This document shows, in pieces, positions 25,246 through 37,538 of a DNA stretch of 64,000 bases. Under the pieces are notes generated by a model. That model had not been told where the DNA came from, did not search any database, and saw only the letters and a program-made list of their open reading frames with translations. A program made the position numbers and the translations under genes. The first letter of the stretch is position 1, and every line of letters begins with the position of its first letter. Source of the stretch: Patellaria atrata CBS 101060 (Eukaryota); NCBI GenBank assembly GCA_010093705.1, contig MU006107.1:232031-296030 (forward strand), in the 5' to 3' direction.

Positions 25246-25336
25246 GCTGCTTGGGATGTCCGGGCGTCATTTATATATCATAGGGACCATATTCAATACC
25301 CAATCTTCTGGGTATACTTTTCCCCTCGAATCAAAC

Positions 25337-26338
25337 TCATCCCCTTCGGCCTCGCCCAACCCCAAACATATCCCTTACGCTCCCCTGCCCTCGTGCCGCG
25401 AGCTTCATAGGTGCAAATCGAGACTCCGGTTGCCGGATGCCTGCACGTAAACTTTCAATGACCCACTCCGCTGTTACGAACTTGACGCCCCGGCTGCGCA
25501 CACTAGTGATTTCCTTCTGCATCTTGGAACCTGCGAGGCCACCTCCAGCACCACAGCTATGGGCAGAGGATTGTCCGATAATGACGTGGGTGACGGACCG
25601 TCGAGTCAAAGAAATAGACATCAACGCACCGTGCGTAGCAAGCAAGTGTTTGAGTTTATGGTCGGAGATCACCGGCGACGTAGACCCGTTGATGTAGATT
25701 ACAAGGTTGTTGAAGAGTTTGGGATGTGCTGGTTGAGATATGGAGCTCGTCGTGGGAAGTTGCGCGGATGGCGGGATGGTGTCGAAGTCATCCGCTTCTT
25801 GTGGTCCTTTGTCGACGGTCGTGCTGCTGTCTCCCTTTACCACAGTCCGATGATCTGTCATACTATCCATCTTCACCCATTCCGGTATCTCTTCATCTTC
25901 CTCTTGCTCTTGCACACCCAACTTCTTCTCCTTTGTTCCCTCACCCACCGCCCCCTTCCTCACCTTACCCCCCATACTCTCCCATATACTCAACTGTCCG
26001 TCCTTCCTCAACTTACTCGCTCCCCGTTTCCAATTCCCATTGACTGATCTCCCATCCTTCCCAAAACTCTCGCTTCCTTCTCCCACCGTATCAGCAACTC
26101 TCTTCCCGTCCCCCGCTCCACCGGTAAATTGTGCACCTAGCTTCAAGTTCCGTGACGCATGCCACGACGTGCTACCAGCGATGGTGTTCTCCGCGCGCTG
26201 GTGGCCGAGCGAAACCGAGTTCCATGGATCAAAGATGTTGCGGGCGGGTTTTGCTGCACGGGTGACAGTTGGTTTCGGCTTCTTGCTGATGTTGATGGAG
26301 GATGAAGATGGATTGGTGGTGGGGTTAGAGTTTGGCAT
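25337..26338 (-). CDS. Stand-alone BRCT-domain protein (Rev1-type BRCT)
   Basis: LFNNLVIYINGST...LKHLLATHGA...VTHVII...VKFVTAEWVIESLRAG BRCT signature; N-terminal FDPWNS...GHQRAE block. Confidence 0.8.
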   Translation of the reverse strand: MPNSNPTTNPSSSSINISKKPKPTVTRAAKPARNIFDPWNSVSLGHQRAENTIAGSTSWHASRNLKLGAQFTGGAGDGKRVADTVGEGSESFGKDGRSVNGNWKRGASKLRKDGQLSIWESMGGKVRKGAVGEGTKEKKLGVQEQEEDEEIPEWVKMDSMTDHRTVVKGDSSTTVDKGPQEADDFDTIPPSAQLPTTSSISQPAHPKLFNNLVIYINGSTSPVISDHKLKHLLATHGALMSISLTRRSVTHVIIGQSSAHSCGAGGGLAGSKMQKEITSVRSRGVKFVTAEWVIESLRAGIRQPESRFAPMKLAARGQGSVRDMFGVGRGRRG

Positions 26339-26856
26339 CTTCGATCGTGGTTGACGGGAGGCGCTGAGGAGGGACGGGAGATCGACGTGGCGCGATTGCG
26401 TCAGATTTCGGCGGTGGAGACGCTCAGCGGCATGGGAGGTGTGCTGAGCAAATTCGATGGTTGACCGGCTGTGATTACGAGATGATGGGATGCCTTATGT
26501 TATGGTAAATATGTCTAGATCAAGTATGTTGGAGAAAGGAGAGTTTGGTACGAGGTGTAGCTGCTAATAAAGGGTTCGCGATTCGCGCTTGTTGCTAGGG
26601 GGAATGCAGGTGAATCGCCAAGTCACGGGTTGCTCATTCCGCGGTCACAGTTTCTCTGTCACGTCTGTGTACAAAGGGTTCAGGTAGCTTTTGTTGTTCA
26701 ATTTACTTCACATCGTCTATAGAATATAAGCCGATATATGGAGCTTGGTTTAATTTCAAGAGCTGCGTATCGATTAGTACGGTCGAATCTTTTTGAGACT
26801 TCGATCACAATTCAATTTCAGCCATGAAGACGAAGATAAGTTTGATAACTCAAACG

Positions 26857-28410
26857 CTACGAGGAGGCCATCCTCTTCGCTCTGAACTCTTTGAGCATTC
26901 TCAACTCTTCTTCATCTTGAGCGATCGCTTCTTCGTCCCCCACTGGGAGCCTCTGGTGCTTCCATTTCTTCGCCCCCGAGCCATAATCCATAGATACTTG
27001 GCCTTCGCCGATGATAATCCAACGATAGATAGTCAATCCTTCTAACCCCACCGGTCCTCGAGAATGGATTTTGTTCGTGCTGATACCTACTTCCGTGCCA
27101 AAGCCGTACCGCTGGCCATCGGCCATACGTGTACTGGTGTTCCAGTATACAGAAGCACTGTCGACTGCTTCAAGGAACCGATCTGCTATTGACTTTGAGG
27201 AGGTCAAGATGGCGTCCGTGTGATGCGAGGAGAACTCATTGATGTGATCAATTGCTAAATCCACTGCTTTTTCCGGTGTTTCCGTCTTCGGGATGGTCTT
27301 GATTGCCAAGATGAGGTTCAAGAATTCAGTCTTGTAATCTTCATCCGAGGCATCCTGGAGGAAAACTGCCTGGTGTTTATCCAAGGTCGATGATAAGGCC
27401 TTTTTAGAAGTGTAATCACACCGTAGTGATACGCCTTGGGAAAGGAGTGCTTCCGCGACAGCAGGAAGCACAGTTTTGAGAGCGTCTTCATCTACGAGGA
27501 GAGTCTCAAGGCTGTTACATGCCGCTGGGTAGCTAGTTTTAGAATCAACTATTACTCGGACAGCCATTGGAATTTGGCAATCTGCGTGGAGATAAATAGA
27601 ACAGAGCCCGTCAGCATGGCCTAATACCGGGATTTGAGTATTCTGCTTCACCATTCGGACGAGCTCGTTGCCGCCTCGCGGGATGACCAGATCAATATAC
27701 CTGTCTGCTGACAAAAGGGATCCTACAGCATCTCGAGTCACTACTAGCTGCAAGCACCCGTTTGGTACAGCAGTGGACTGTAGGGCTTTTGATATCACGT
27801 TTGAGATGGCTATGAATGATTCTGTCGATTCCTTTCCCCCTGGACTATTTTCAGCATGTTATTATCGAAGAGGGTAATAGAAAACTTACCTTTTAGAATT
27901 GCTGCATTTCCAGATTTGATAGCTAAGGACGCGATGTTTGCTATGACTTCAGGACGAGCTTCGAAGATGATGAGTAGAACTCCAATAGGGGATGATTTTC
28001 TCTCAAGGACAAGGCCATCGTCTAGGAGAGTCCGTACACCAATTCTTCCAACTATGGTTCTTTAGTCACACTGATTGCAAAAGCATCTGCGATATCAACT
28101 CTTACTAACTTGGATCGGGGAGTCTTCTGACGTCCAGTATACCCTGAAGCATATCTTCATATTTGCCCTTCTTTCCCAAATCGAGCCGTTTCACAAGACT
28201 CTGGCTTAGGACTCCACTCTCAGCTGCTTTTGTCGCAGAAGCTAGATCTCGCGCATTAGCAGCGAGTATCTCATCTTTAGCTTCAGCAAGTGCTGCATGG
28301 ATTGCTGTTAATGCTGCATTGCGGTCTTCTGTAGGAAGAATCGCAAGCTTTCGAGACCCTAATCTTGCTGCTTTCGCAGCTTCTAAGGGATCTGCGTTCG
28401 TAAGGGACAT
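26857..28410 (-). CDS. PRO2: Gamma-glutamyl phosphate reductase; exons 28410-28110, 28051-27890, 27839-26857
   Basis: [77 protein letters not shown]. Confidence 0.95.
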
Positions 28411-29244
28411 AATTGAGGGTTTCAGACAAAAATTGGGACGAGAAGAAGTTTTCTGGGAGGATGTTCTTGAAATTTGAAGTTACTGTATTTAGTCGCGAAA
28501 GGGCGTGATCGGAGGAGAGTTATGACTCTCGCCTTGATCCTCTCCTTGCTACCTAGCTACTTTGTTTCTAGACCTTCTAAATGAAAAATGTCATATTACC
28601 ATACTTGTCCATTAATTGAGAATGTTTTCTGTATTTTGAGATAAATTTCTGATTTTGAACAGAATAGGTCATGTTAGGTTTTGCATGATGCAACCTGTGG
28701 TCTCGAACAAGTTTGGAGGGACAGGCACCTGCGGGAAGTTTGCAGCCAACCAAGCCTCGGGTTTGCGGTTACCAGCCACAACCCCTTGTCACTCAGCTGC
28801 GTCGCAACCCCTCCCAACCTCCTTCCCTCGTAAATATTCCCAGCCCTCAGCATTGAGGACGAACAGGATGCTTTATTCACATTGCCACGTCGCCGAGAGG
28901 GGTGGAAATGCAAGAAAACTTTCCTAGTCATGTATCATTCAATATGATTATGCTCTACTGCTGACGCACGCTCATTGCAGGCAATATTCGATGGCTGGAG
29001 AGGTAACTTCATAAACACTCCCACCCGCTGCGGGTTCCCGGTTGTCCACCATCTCAACACAAGAAACTATTCAACCGTGATACTGATATATATCTAATCA
29101 TATCAGTACTTCTCATTGTTTGTCATTTACATGCGACTTTGCTCATATATCTAGTTGCCCTCCTACCTCCATACTAGTCATCGCAATTATCCGACACCCT
29201 CCTCTTGACCACCTTCTCCCCTACCACATATCCTCACCACCACC

Positions 29245-30726
29245 ATGAGGACAACCATCAGTAGCGTCGTAGCGCTTCTTTCGGCGACTCTCTTCACTAC
29301 TTCGACCTCCGCTCAAACATATAGCAATTGCAATCCGTTATACCAAGGCGGTTGCCCTCCAGATTCTGCCCTCGGCCGCACAGTCAACATCGACTTCTCC
29401 TCAGGCTCATCAGATAGCTTTACTCCTCAAGGCAACCCAACATACGACTCGAATGGTGTCTCGTTCACCGTTGCGCAATCCGGTGACTCTCCACAACTTA
29501 CGTCAAAATGGTACATCATGTTTGGAAGAGTGGAGATTTCACTGAAGGCTGCGCCTGGAGCTGGCATCGTTAGCAGCTTCGTTCTTCAATCCGATACCCT
29601 CGACGAGATCGATTGGGAATGGCTTGGAGCTGCGCCGGATGAAGTTCAGAGCAACTATTTTAGCAAAGGACAAACTGCAGGATACAACCGAGGAGCTTTC
29701 CACGCAGATCCTGGTAGTCAAAGCGGGTTCAAGACGTACACAATTGATTGGACCGCAAATCAGCTTGTATGGCAAATCGATGGTACCACCGTACGAGCTT
29801 TGACTCCAGAGCAAGCAGCTGGTCAATATCCACAAACGCCAATGCAGGTAAAGATGGGAGCTTGGAGCGGAGGTGATTCAGCAAACGCACCTGGGACTAT
29901 TGAATGGGCTCGGGGTCCTACGGACTACTCTGCTGGTCCATACACTATGCAAGTCCGGTCGATCAAGGTTAGCGATTACTCGACCGGTACTCAATACGTA
30001 TACACCGGTACAAGCGGTACCTGGCAGGAAATCAACGCTGTTGGCGGCTCCGTTAATTCCGGAAGCGGGACAAACGTCGATACTGCTGCGCCAGCAATCA
30101 CATCGACATCAAGTGGACAACCAATTCCATTTAGGCCAGAGGGTGAGTCCTCTACCTACGTTAAACCATCAGTGTATCCATGGGTACCGGAGGCGACTAC
30201 CCTCTCGACTGCAACTGTTACCTACAGCAACTATCCTGGTCTTCCCAGCGGCTGGACAGTGACGTCTGAGGGTAAAGTTGTTCCGCCGAGCTCGGCACCT
30301 GTGAGTAAGACTACTCCGTTTGCTTTCTGTTTCACAACGGGATTGATGCTAATATATTTGGTTGTTTAGTCGACATCCCAACCCGCCTCCTCTACATTAT
30401 CGCCAGCAGCGTCGCAGGAGGCTTATTCCTTGGCTGCGGGCTATGAAGTTATCACGACTTACGATCAGCAAGGATTTCCTGCCATTGTCACCGTTCCTGT
30501 AGGCTTTGCAACGATGCCGAAGTCCTACGACGACCAAGGGTTTCTGATCACGCCAAGCCCTCCGTCTCCTACTGGAGTTGCATCTCCGGCTCAAAATGGT
30601 CAGGTCGAGGGGCAGTCTCAACCTTCCTTCATCCGTGTTCATCAAGAAGATGAGTCTTCGCTCACTACTTTGACCTGGAGTACCCTTTTCACTTGTACAT
30701 TATTCACATTCATGCTCATATTCTGA
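29245..30726 (+). CDS. GH16 Crh-family chitin transglycosylase, secreted, probably GPI-anchored; exons 29245-30300, 30370-30726
   Basis: Signal peptide, CNPL...CPPD, catalytic DEIDWE, YPQTPM, GTIEWA; Ser/Thr-rich stalk; hydrophobic C-terminus. Confidence 0.92.
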
Positions 30727-31328
30727 GCCGTCCATACCTTGCATTAGCGGGATCATCTTGCATTTAGCGAACGGCGCATGGAACGGTTGCATATATTTTT
30801 TTTTAGACGGAAAGCATTCAAGAGGTTTTATGGCAACTAATATGTCGAAGAGATGACAAGGGTAACATTAGAGATAATGATGTACGATCTGATGGGGTCT
30901 TGGAGCTTGAATGTACATATTAGATAATGAAGCTGGTAGTGTATGACCAAATGCGAAATACGAGTCGATATGTTCTAGATCATTAATACCCATTCCATCT
31001 GCTTTCCATCGATCTCCTGCAGTGCCATCACATGCAGCGAACAGTCCTACAATCTGCACCAGGTGGCTGGTACTACATCGAGATGTACAATTGCTATCTG
31101 CTGATGTCGACCTACAGGGTAGCTTTTTCGTATTTGGGGTATACAGCGTTCACCCCGCTTTATGGCTCCGGTACAGTATATGTTCAACTCATAGAACATG
31201 CTTCGGGCAGTGTACCGGCTCTGTCCTTGCACATAAAGCTCCCGTCACATGTCTTTCTTGTACTGTACAGTATAGATAAGGATTATCCAGGCTGGGATAT
31301 GACATCTGTCTGTCGGTGTAGGGTTGGA

Positions 31329-31352
31329 GAAGAAGAAGAAGAAGAAGAAGAA

Positions 31353-31382
<30 letters not shown>
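31329..31382 (+). repeat. (GAA)15 GAG (GAA)2 microsatellite
   Basis: Read directly from the sequence. Confidence 0.95.
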
Positions 31383-31384
<2 letters not shown>

Positions 31385-32483
31385 TGCAAATGTTAGTTTC
31401 CGTGACGCTGTCCACCTGCTCAAATAGTTCTAAGGAGAATTTCCCAATCTGCTACCCTGTCCCTGCATCGTGAGGTCAGTCCAACTCCAAGAGGGCGATT
31501 TAGAGGAGAGCAACGTCAACAAGGTGCCCCTGCTTCTGTGGCGCTTGTTTACCCGCAGCGTAGGCGGAATGCTAAGCTGTATTTAGCTCGTGCCCGTCTC
31601 TAGCTCAAGCCCCTCGATGCAAGCAAAATCTGGAGCTACGACGTTGAAGTTGCATTTTTGCTGAGGAAGTCCGCTACGGTAAAAAGAGCTTGGGTGGTCA
31701 TAAAGAGCAGCTTTACAGCAAGATAGTCAATTAGGACGAAGGATCAGGCGATGCGGTGATACTCTCTTGCGTAACCGTGTAACCTCACCTTAACGATTTA
31801 CGAAAAGTATCATAGCTTTTTACCCCTAGGATCAGCTTAAAAGTTATTACCGTCAACGCAGATCGTGACCTCAGGCATACCAAGCTGGCCCCAGTTTGGC
31901 CAAGGGGAAAAAGGGTTGTCATTCGGTACGGATTGTGGGATTCCAAGTCCAATCTTAATACTCAGGTGCGTCAGGAGGCTGAGGAACACAGGAGAATATA
32001 AAGATCCCAGATCCGGCTCTTGCGCAACATCCTACTTTGCTCTTTTTACTCTTTTACGACAGAGGACGAAGACGAAAGGAGCTCATTACCGCTTTTGGAT
32101 TCCCAAAGCTGTACCTCGCCCATCTGCTTTTCGCCTGAGGGGAACAAAAACTACAAAAGCGCGTTGTCATCTTTCAATTTTATAAGAAGACCCGTTGTTT
32201 TCCAGAGAGCTAGTTGTCTAGAGTCGACTAATTACTGCCCACAAGTAGATCATCAGTTGTTTTTTTTGTCACTGGAGCGTTGTACGGAGTCATCAGTACA
32301 ACAGCTCAAAGACGCGGCGGCCCCTTTGTTGGATTCTGCTATTTTTGACGCAATTGTCCGATACCAAATTTTTCTTCGATCTTCAAAATCTTTCGGCGAA
32401 CTTTGGGAACTCTTACATTTTCAATCTAAATATCTTTTCGCCATATTCTAGTGTTTTTGAATCGGTCCCTAAATCCGACCATC

Positions 32484-34342
32484 ATGAAGATCCTTCCAGC
32501 GCTTTCACTCCTCATACCGGTAGCGGTTGCCATTTGGCCACTACCCAAGAGCTACACTTCGGGAGACACCGTACTATTCATCGAGGATAATGTACATGTC
32601 ACATATAATGGGGTAAGCTCAGTGGCTTGAAATTCAAACCGACTTGGTACATTCAAGCATAGTATACTGATTATACAAAAGGGACACGGCACTGTCAACT
32701 CAACATCACCTTCCACGGCCTCGGAGATCGTACAGACAGCTATCCAGCGAACCTATGAGACACTGTTCTCGAAGAATTTTATCCCATGGAAATTCCACCC
32801 AAGGAACTCGGATTTCGAACCCTCGACGGAAAATAAGAAATACATCACCTCTATCACATTGACTCAAACCGCAGCAGATCCCGAGAACATCTTTCAAGCA
32901 CCTGTCGGTGAAGTCGATGAGTCCTACTTCCTAAGTCTGATCGAATCCGGCAAAGTGACCATCAAAGCAAAGTCCTCCATCGGCCTCGCACGCGGCCTAA
33001 CAACCTTCACTCAACTCTTCTTCAAGCATACCGAGGGCTGCGTCTACACCACCCTCGCCCCCGTCGAGATTTCAGATGAGCCCAAATTCGCACATCGCGG
33101 CATCAACATGGACACTGCTAGGAATTATTTTGATGTCGATGATATCAAGCGCATAATCGACGCAGCGGCCTACAATAAATTCAACCGCTTCCACATCCAC
33201 ATCACTGACTCTCAATCCTGGCCTCTTGTAATCCCTTCTATGCCTGATTTAGCGACTAAAGGAGCGTACCGTAAGGATCTTGTGTACACACCAGAGCAGG
33301 TGGCGGATATCCAGCGCTATGGCGGACTTCTAGGTGTGCAAGTATTTCTAGAGATTGATATGCCGGGCCACACTTCCTCGATTTGGTTCTCGCGGCCTGA
33401 GCTCATTACGGCATTTAACGAGGAAGCTTGGGATACCTACGCCGCGGAACCACCTTCCGGAACCTTGAAACTCAATTCCACCGAGGTGTATGATTTCCTA
33501 GACGAGATGCTCGATGACCTGCTCCCACGCTTGAGCCCGTACACGGGATACTTCCACTCTGGCGGCGACGAGGTCAATATTCAAGCGTATCTGCTCGACG
33601 AAACGGTCAGATCGAACGACACAGCCGTCCTACAGCCCCTGATGGAGAAGTTTGTCCAGCGCAACCACGATCAGATCCGCGAGAAGGGCCTCACGCCCAT
33701 CGTATGGGAGGAGATGCTCCTGACGTGGAACGTGAGCCTAGGCAAGGACGTCATCGTACAGACATGGCAAAGCGATGAAGCTGTCGCCGCCGTCACCGAA
33801 AAAGGCTATAAAGCCCTAGTCGGAAACTACAACTACTGGGTATGTATATTCTCCCCTCCCAACCTCCAAACAAAATTTCAGGTTCTGGGAGTTACAGTAC
33901 TGATGACTGATTCTTTAAATAGTACCTCGACTGCGGCAACGGCCAATGGCTCGACTTCCCCCCGTCCTCCTCCGAAAAATACTGGCCCTACAACGACTAC
34001 TGCTTCCCGCGCCACAACTGGCGCGTCATGTACTCGTACGATCCGCTCCATGGCGTCCCGCCCGAGGCCCACCACCTCGTCGTCGGCGGCGAGGCGCACA
34101 TCTGGGCCGAGCAGACCGATCCAGTCAACATCGATAACATGGTTTGGCCGAGGGCGTGCGCGGCGGCAGAGGTCCTGTGGAGCGGTGCCAAGGACGAGAC
34201 AGGCGGGAACAGGAGCCAGACGGAGGCGAGTCCAAGGTTGAGCGAGATGAGGGAACGCCTCGTCGCGAGGGGGGTGATGGCGCATCCGATTCAGATGCCG
34301 TATTGCATAATGAACGGGACGCAGTGTGGGTTGGATCATTGA
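32484..34342 (+). CDS. GH20 beta-N-acetylhexosaminidase (secreted); exons 32484-32612, 32682-33839, 33923-34342
   Basis: Signal peptide plus IWPLP, HRGINMDTARNY, HITDSQSWP, EIDMPGH, catalytic HSGGDE, YW|YLDCG, GGEAHIWAEQ, VWPRACAAAEVLWSG. Confidence 0.95.
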
Positions 34343-34355
34343 GTCGAGGAGGTTA

Positions 34356-35250
34356 NNNNNNNNNNNNNNNNNNNNNNNNNNNNNNNNNNNNNNNNNNNNN
34401 NNNNNNNNNNNNNNNNNNNNNNNNNNNNNNNNNNNNNNNNNNNNNNNNNNNNNNNNNNNNNNNNNNNNNNNNNNNNNNNNNNNNNNNNNNNNNNNNNNNN
34501 NNNNNNNNNNNNNNNNNNNNNNNNNNNNNNNNNNNNNNNNNNNNNNNNNNNNNNNNNNNNNNNNNNNNNNNNNNNNNNNNNNNNNNNNNNNNNNNNNNNN
34601 NNNNNNNNNNNNNNNNNNNNNNNNNNNNNNNNNNNNNNNNNNNNNNNNNNNNNNNNNNNNNNNNNNNNNNNNNNNNNNNNNNNNNNNNNNNNNNNNNNNN
34701 NNNNNNNNNNNNNNNNNNNNNNNNNNNNNNNNNNNNNNNNNNNNNNNNNNNNNNNNNNNNNNNNNNNNNNNNNNNNNNNNNNNNNNNNNNNNNNNNNNNN
34801 NNNNNNNNNNNNNNNNNNNNNNNNNNNNNNNNNNNNNNNNNNNNNNNNNNNNNNNNNNNNNNNNNNNNNNNNNNNNNNNNNNNNNNNNNNNNNNNNNNNN
34901 NNNNNNNNNNNNNNNNNNNNNNNNNNNNNNNNNNNNNNNNNNNNNNNNNNNNNNNNNNNNNNNNNNNNNNNNNNNNNNNNNNNNNNNNNNNNNNNNNNNN
35001 NNNNNNNNNNNNNNNNNNNNNNNNNNNNNNNNNNNNNNNNNNNNNNNNNNNNNNNNNNNNNNNNNNNNNNNNNNNNNNNNNNNNNNNNNNNNNNNNNNNN
35101 NNNNNNNNNNNNNNNNNNNNNNNNNNNNNNNNNNNNNNNNNNNNNNNNNNNNNNNNNNNNNNNNNNNNNNNNNNNNNNNNNNNNNNNNNNNNNNNNNNNN
35201 NNNNNNNNNNNNNNNNNNNNNNNNNNNNNNNNNNNNNNNNNNNNNNNNNN
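34356..35250. other. Assembly gap (895 N)
   Basis: Run of N. Confidence 1.
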
Positions 35251-35485
35251 CCTCGCCTTTCAGTTTTATTTTCTCGTCATCCTGTCTCGTTGATTAGATT
35301 AGCTTTTGTCGTTTCGCATAAGGGACTGTGGAGAGGGGAGTTAGAAGCTTACGCTATACGGGGCGTACCATTTCGCGAGGCGGGTTTTACCTCTGCGATG
35401 GTTAGCTTTCGGATTGGGGCTGGGGTATGGTGCGTGTGCGTAGGACTTACTGACGATTCTGGATCAGGATGAAAGAGAGCACCAT
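35251..35485 (-). CDS. APS2: AP-2 adaptor complex sigma subunit, 5' part only; exons 35485-35451, 35392-35353, 35281-35251; remainder in the gap
   Basis: Spliced translation MVLSFILIQNRQ|GKTRLAKWYAPYS|DDEKIKLKGE matches the clathrin adaptor sigma2 N-terminus; both introns are GTAAG...CTAA[CT]...CAG. Confidence 0.9.
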
Positions 35486-35856
35486 TGTGAAATTGGAGGA
35501 GTGAGATTGGGGAGGGAGAGGCGCTTGAGTGGAAATAGTGAGCGGGGTCAGGTGATGGCGTGTTTGGACCATCTTGGTGCATATCGGCTGGTGTATGGAG
35601 AACTTTACATAGAGACAGTATACGTTTTACGGAAGATACAATATGCAGTTGTAATTTAGATTTAGATTTTGGAATCATGAGTTTATAACTGCGCTATAAC
35701 ATCTAGTACAGCCCTTGAATTTTGGGCGATATCTGTACAGGTCAAAATATCAACCTTCGCGTACAGCAACATACTTGGGCAAAGGCCCCCATAACGCCAG
35801 CTTCGGTATTCCTAGCACCACTGCACAACCCCTAACGCGAAACTACTCCCCAAAAT

Positions 35857-36345
35857 TTACTTCAACACCCACTCGTCTTTCCAGGTACCCGTCCACAGCT
35901 CATACTCCCGCTCTATTCCCTTTCCACCGTTTCCAGCGTTCGACGGCCCTACGGCAAATTTGGAAATATTGAAAGCATTATGGCCATGCCGGAGACCACA
36001 CTCATTCCAGGTATTCAAGTAAGGCTTGTCCGGTTCGCGTTTTCGATATTTCCCGTCGCCCTTGTGGTCCGTGGCGTACATGTTGTCCGTGATGGAGCCA
36101 AGTTGGTCCCATTCCTGTAAAGGGGTTTCAACTTTATGTTGTTGTTTTAGACATTTGGGTTTAAAGGGAGCTTTGGCTCTTTCTGGGGAAAAGTGACCTG
36201 TTCGTTTTAAAGCCTCGCTGAGAGTCAGAGGTTCAGGAGGCCCCCAAGGCGATGGGGATCGACGCCGTTTAAGGGAAATTGTACTAGATAAATTTGAGGA
36301 GGTTTTGTTCTGTATTGGTGTTTGGTGTGTTCTGCTGGAGTCCAT
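35857..36345 (-). CDS. Hypothetical basic protein (162 aa)
   Basis: ATG-initiated ORF with pyrimidine/A-rich leader; no family recognised. Confidence 0.45.
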   Translation of the reverse strand: MDSSRTHQTPIQNKTSSNLSSTISLKRRRSPSPWGPPEPLTLSEALKRTGHFSPERAKAPFKPKCLKQQHKVETPLQEWDQLGSITDNMYATDHKGDGKYRKREPDKPYLNTWNECGLRHGHNAFNISKFAVGPSNAGNGGKGIEREYELWTGTWKDEWVLK

Positions 36346-36908
36346 GATTTGTACGGTATTGTATTTGATCGTTGGCTGTGAGAGTTGAGGTGAATGTATA
36401 TCTGGAAGAGTTAAGGCTTTTGCGAGAGGTAAGAATTTTGAAGAGAATGGGAGCTAAGTACGATTACTCTTTTAACTAGAAGATTTTGAGGGTAGTAGCA
36501 AGGAGGATGATGGCCAACATTTCAATACCACATCTGGTGATATAGACTGGTACGCGCTACCGAATCCACTGGTTGATGTAATTCCATACTTCGTTGGGAG
36601 CAAAACTGGACAATTGAGGTACGAGACATACTCAAGATTGGTAGTACCGTAAAGACGAATTGCGGCTAAGACTGAGATGAAGACTGAGGTGTGATAGATC
36701 TGAAATGTTAGGTTCTTACCGATTTAGCAAAGAATACCTATGATGTGTACGGAAGATGAATATACTATAAGATTCCATAGCGCCTATTTCCATATCTCAT
36801 AATCTCTTTACGCCGTTGTATCTGAAGTGCCATCATGATAAACCCCATGAGCAAGTAGGATAGAAACACCATAACAACGGTCTGCCACTATGACCCCACT
36901 TTGTAGTC

Positions 36909-37538
36909 TCATTCTTCCTCGTCACTAGTAGCTTCGAAATTCTTCTTTACATTATCATCTTCGTCCTCACCCTCTTCCTGCTTCACTGGACTAGCTTGAG
37001 ATTTACTAGGTTGACTGAAATCTGGTCTGGGGACGGTTTCTCCTTTGTTGGTGAGAACTTCCTCAATTTTGGGCATGACAGCAATGAAGGCTGTGTATTG
37101 GTCCATGGGTAGTGAGATGCCCTTTAATTGAGTCAGTCAATGGGTTTCTGGATTGCAATATCAGTTTCCGAATGTAATGTGCATACCTTCTTGCCAGGCA
37201 GCAACTTGCCATCCTTCTCGTAATACTCTCTGATATTGACCATGCGATTTCCCTTGAATTCTGATATTGTCACACGCCTTAACTTTGAGATCTGATAGTG
37301 GGATGGGAATTAGCTATATTCAGCTCTTGAGGACGTTTCGCATCATTTTTGGATTCGAAAGACTGACCATGAAATATTCATTTCCATCATCATCGATCTG
37401 GAGATCGCCATCTACTTGCGCTTTCGAAGCGCCTTTGGTCGTCTTGGACTTCTTGGACTTTGGGGCGTCCTCTACAAACCCACCGTCAGACTCGTATGAT
37501 TCCGCCTGTGATTTGCGCTTCCCAACTCTTGGTGCCAT
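36909..37538 (-). CDS. SUB1: Transcriptional coactivator Sub1/PC4; exons 37538-37368, 37291-37187, 37121-36909
   Basis: [46 protein letters not shown]4 domain. Confidence 0.93.

Noticed and set aside
31032..31427. 131-aa ORF with poly-Glu
   Set aside because: The poly-Glu comes from the (GAA)n microsatellite and the rest lacks coding features.
34144..35472. Long ORFs of 442 and 323 aa
   Set aside because: Artefacts of translating through the N gap.
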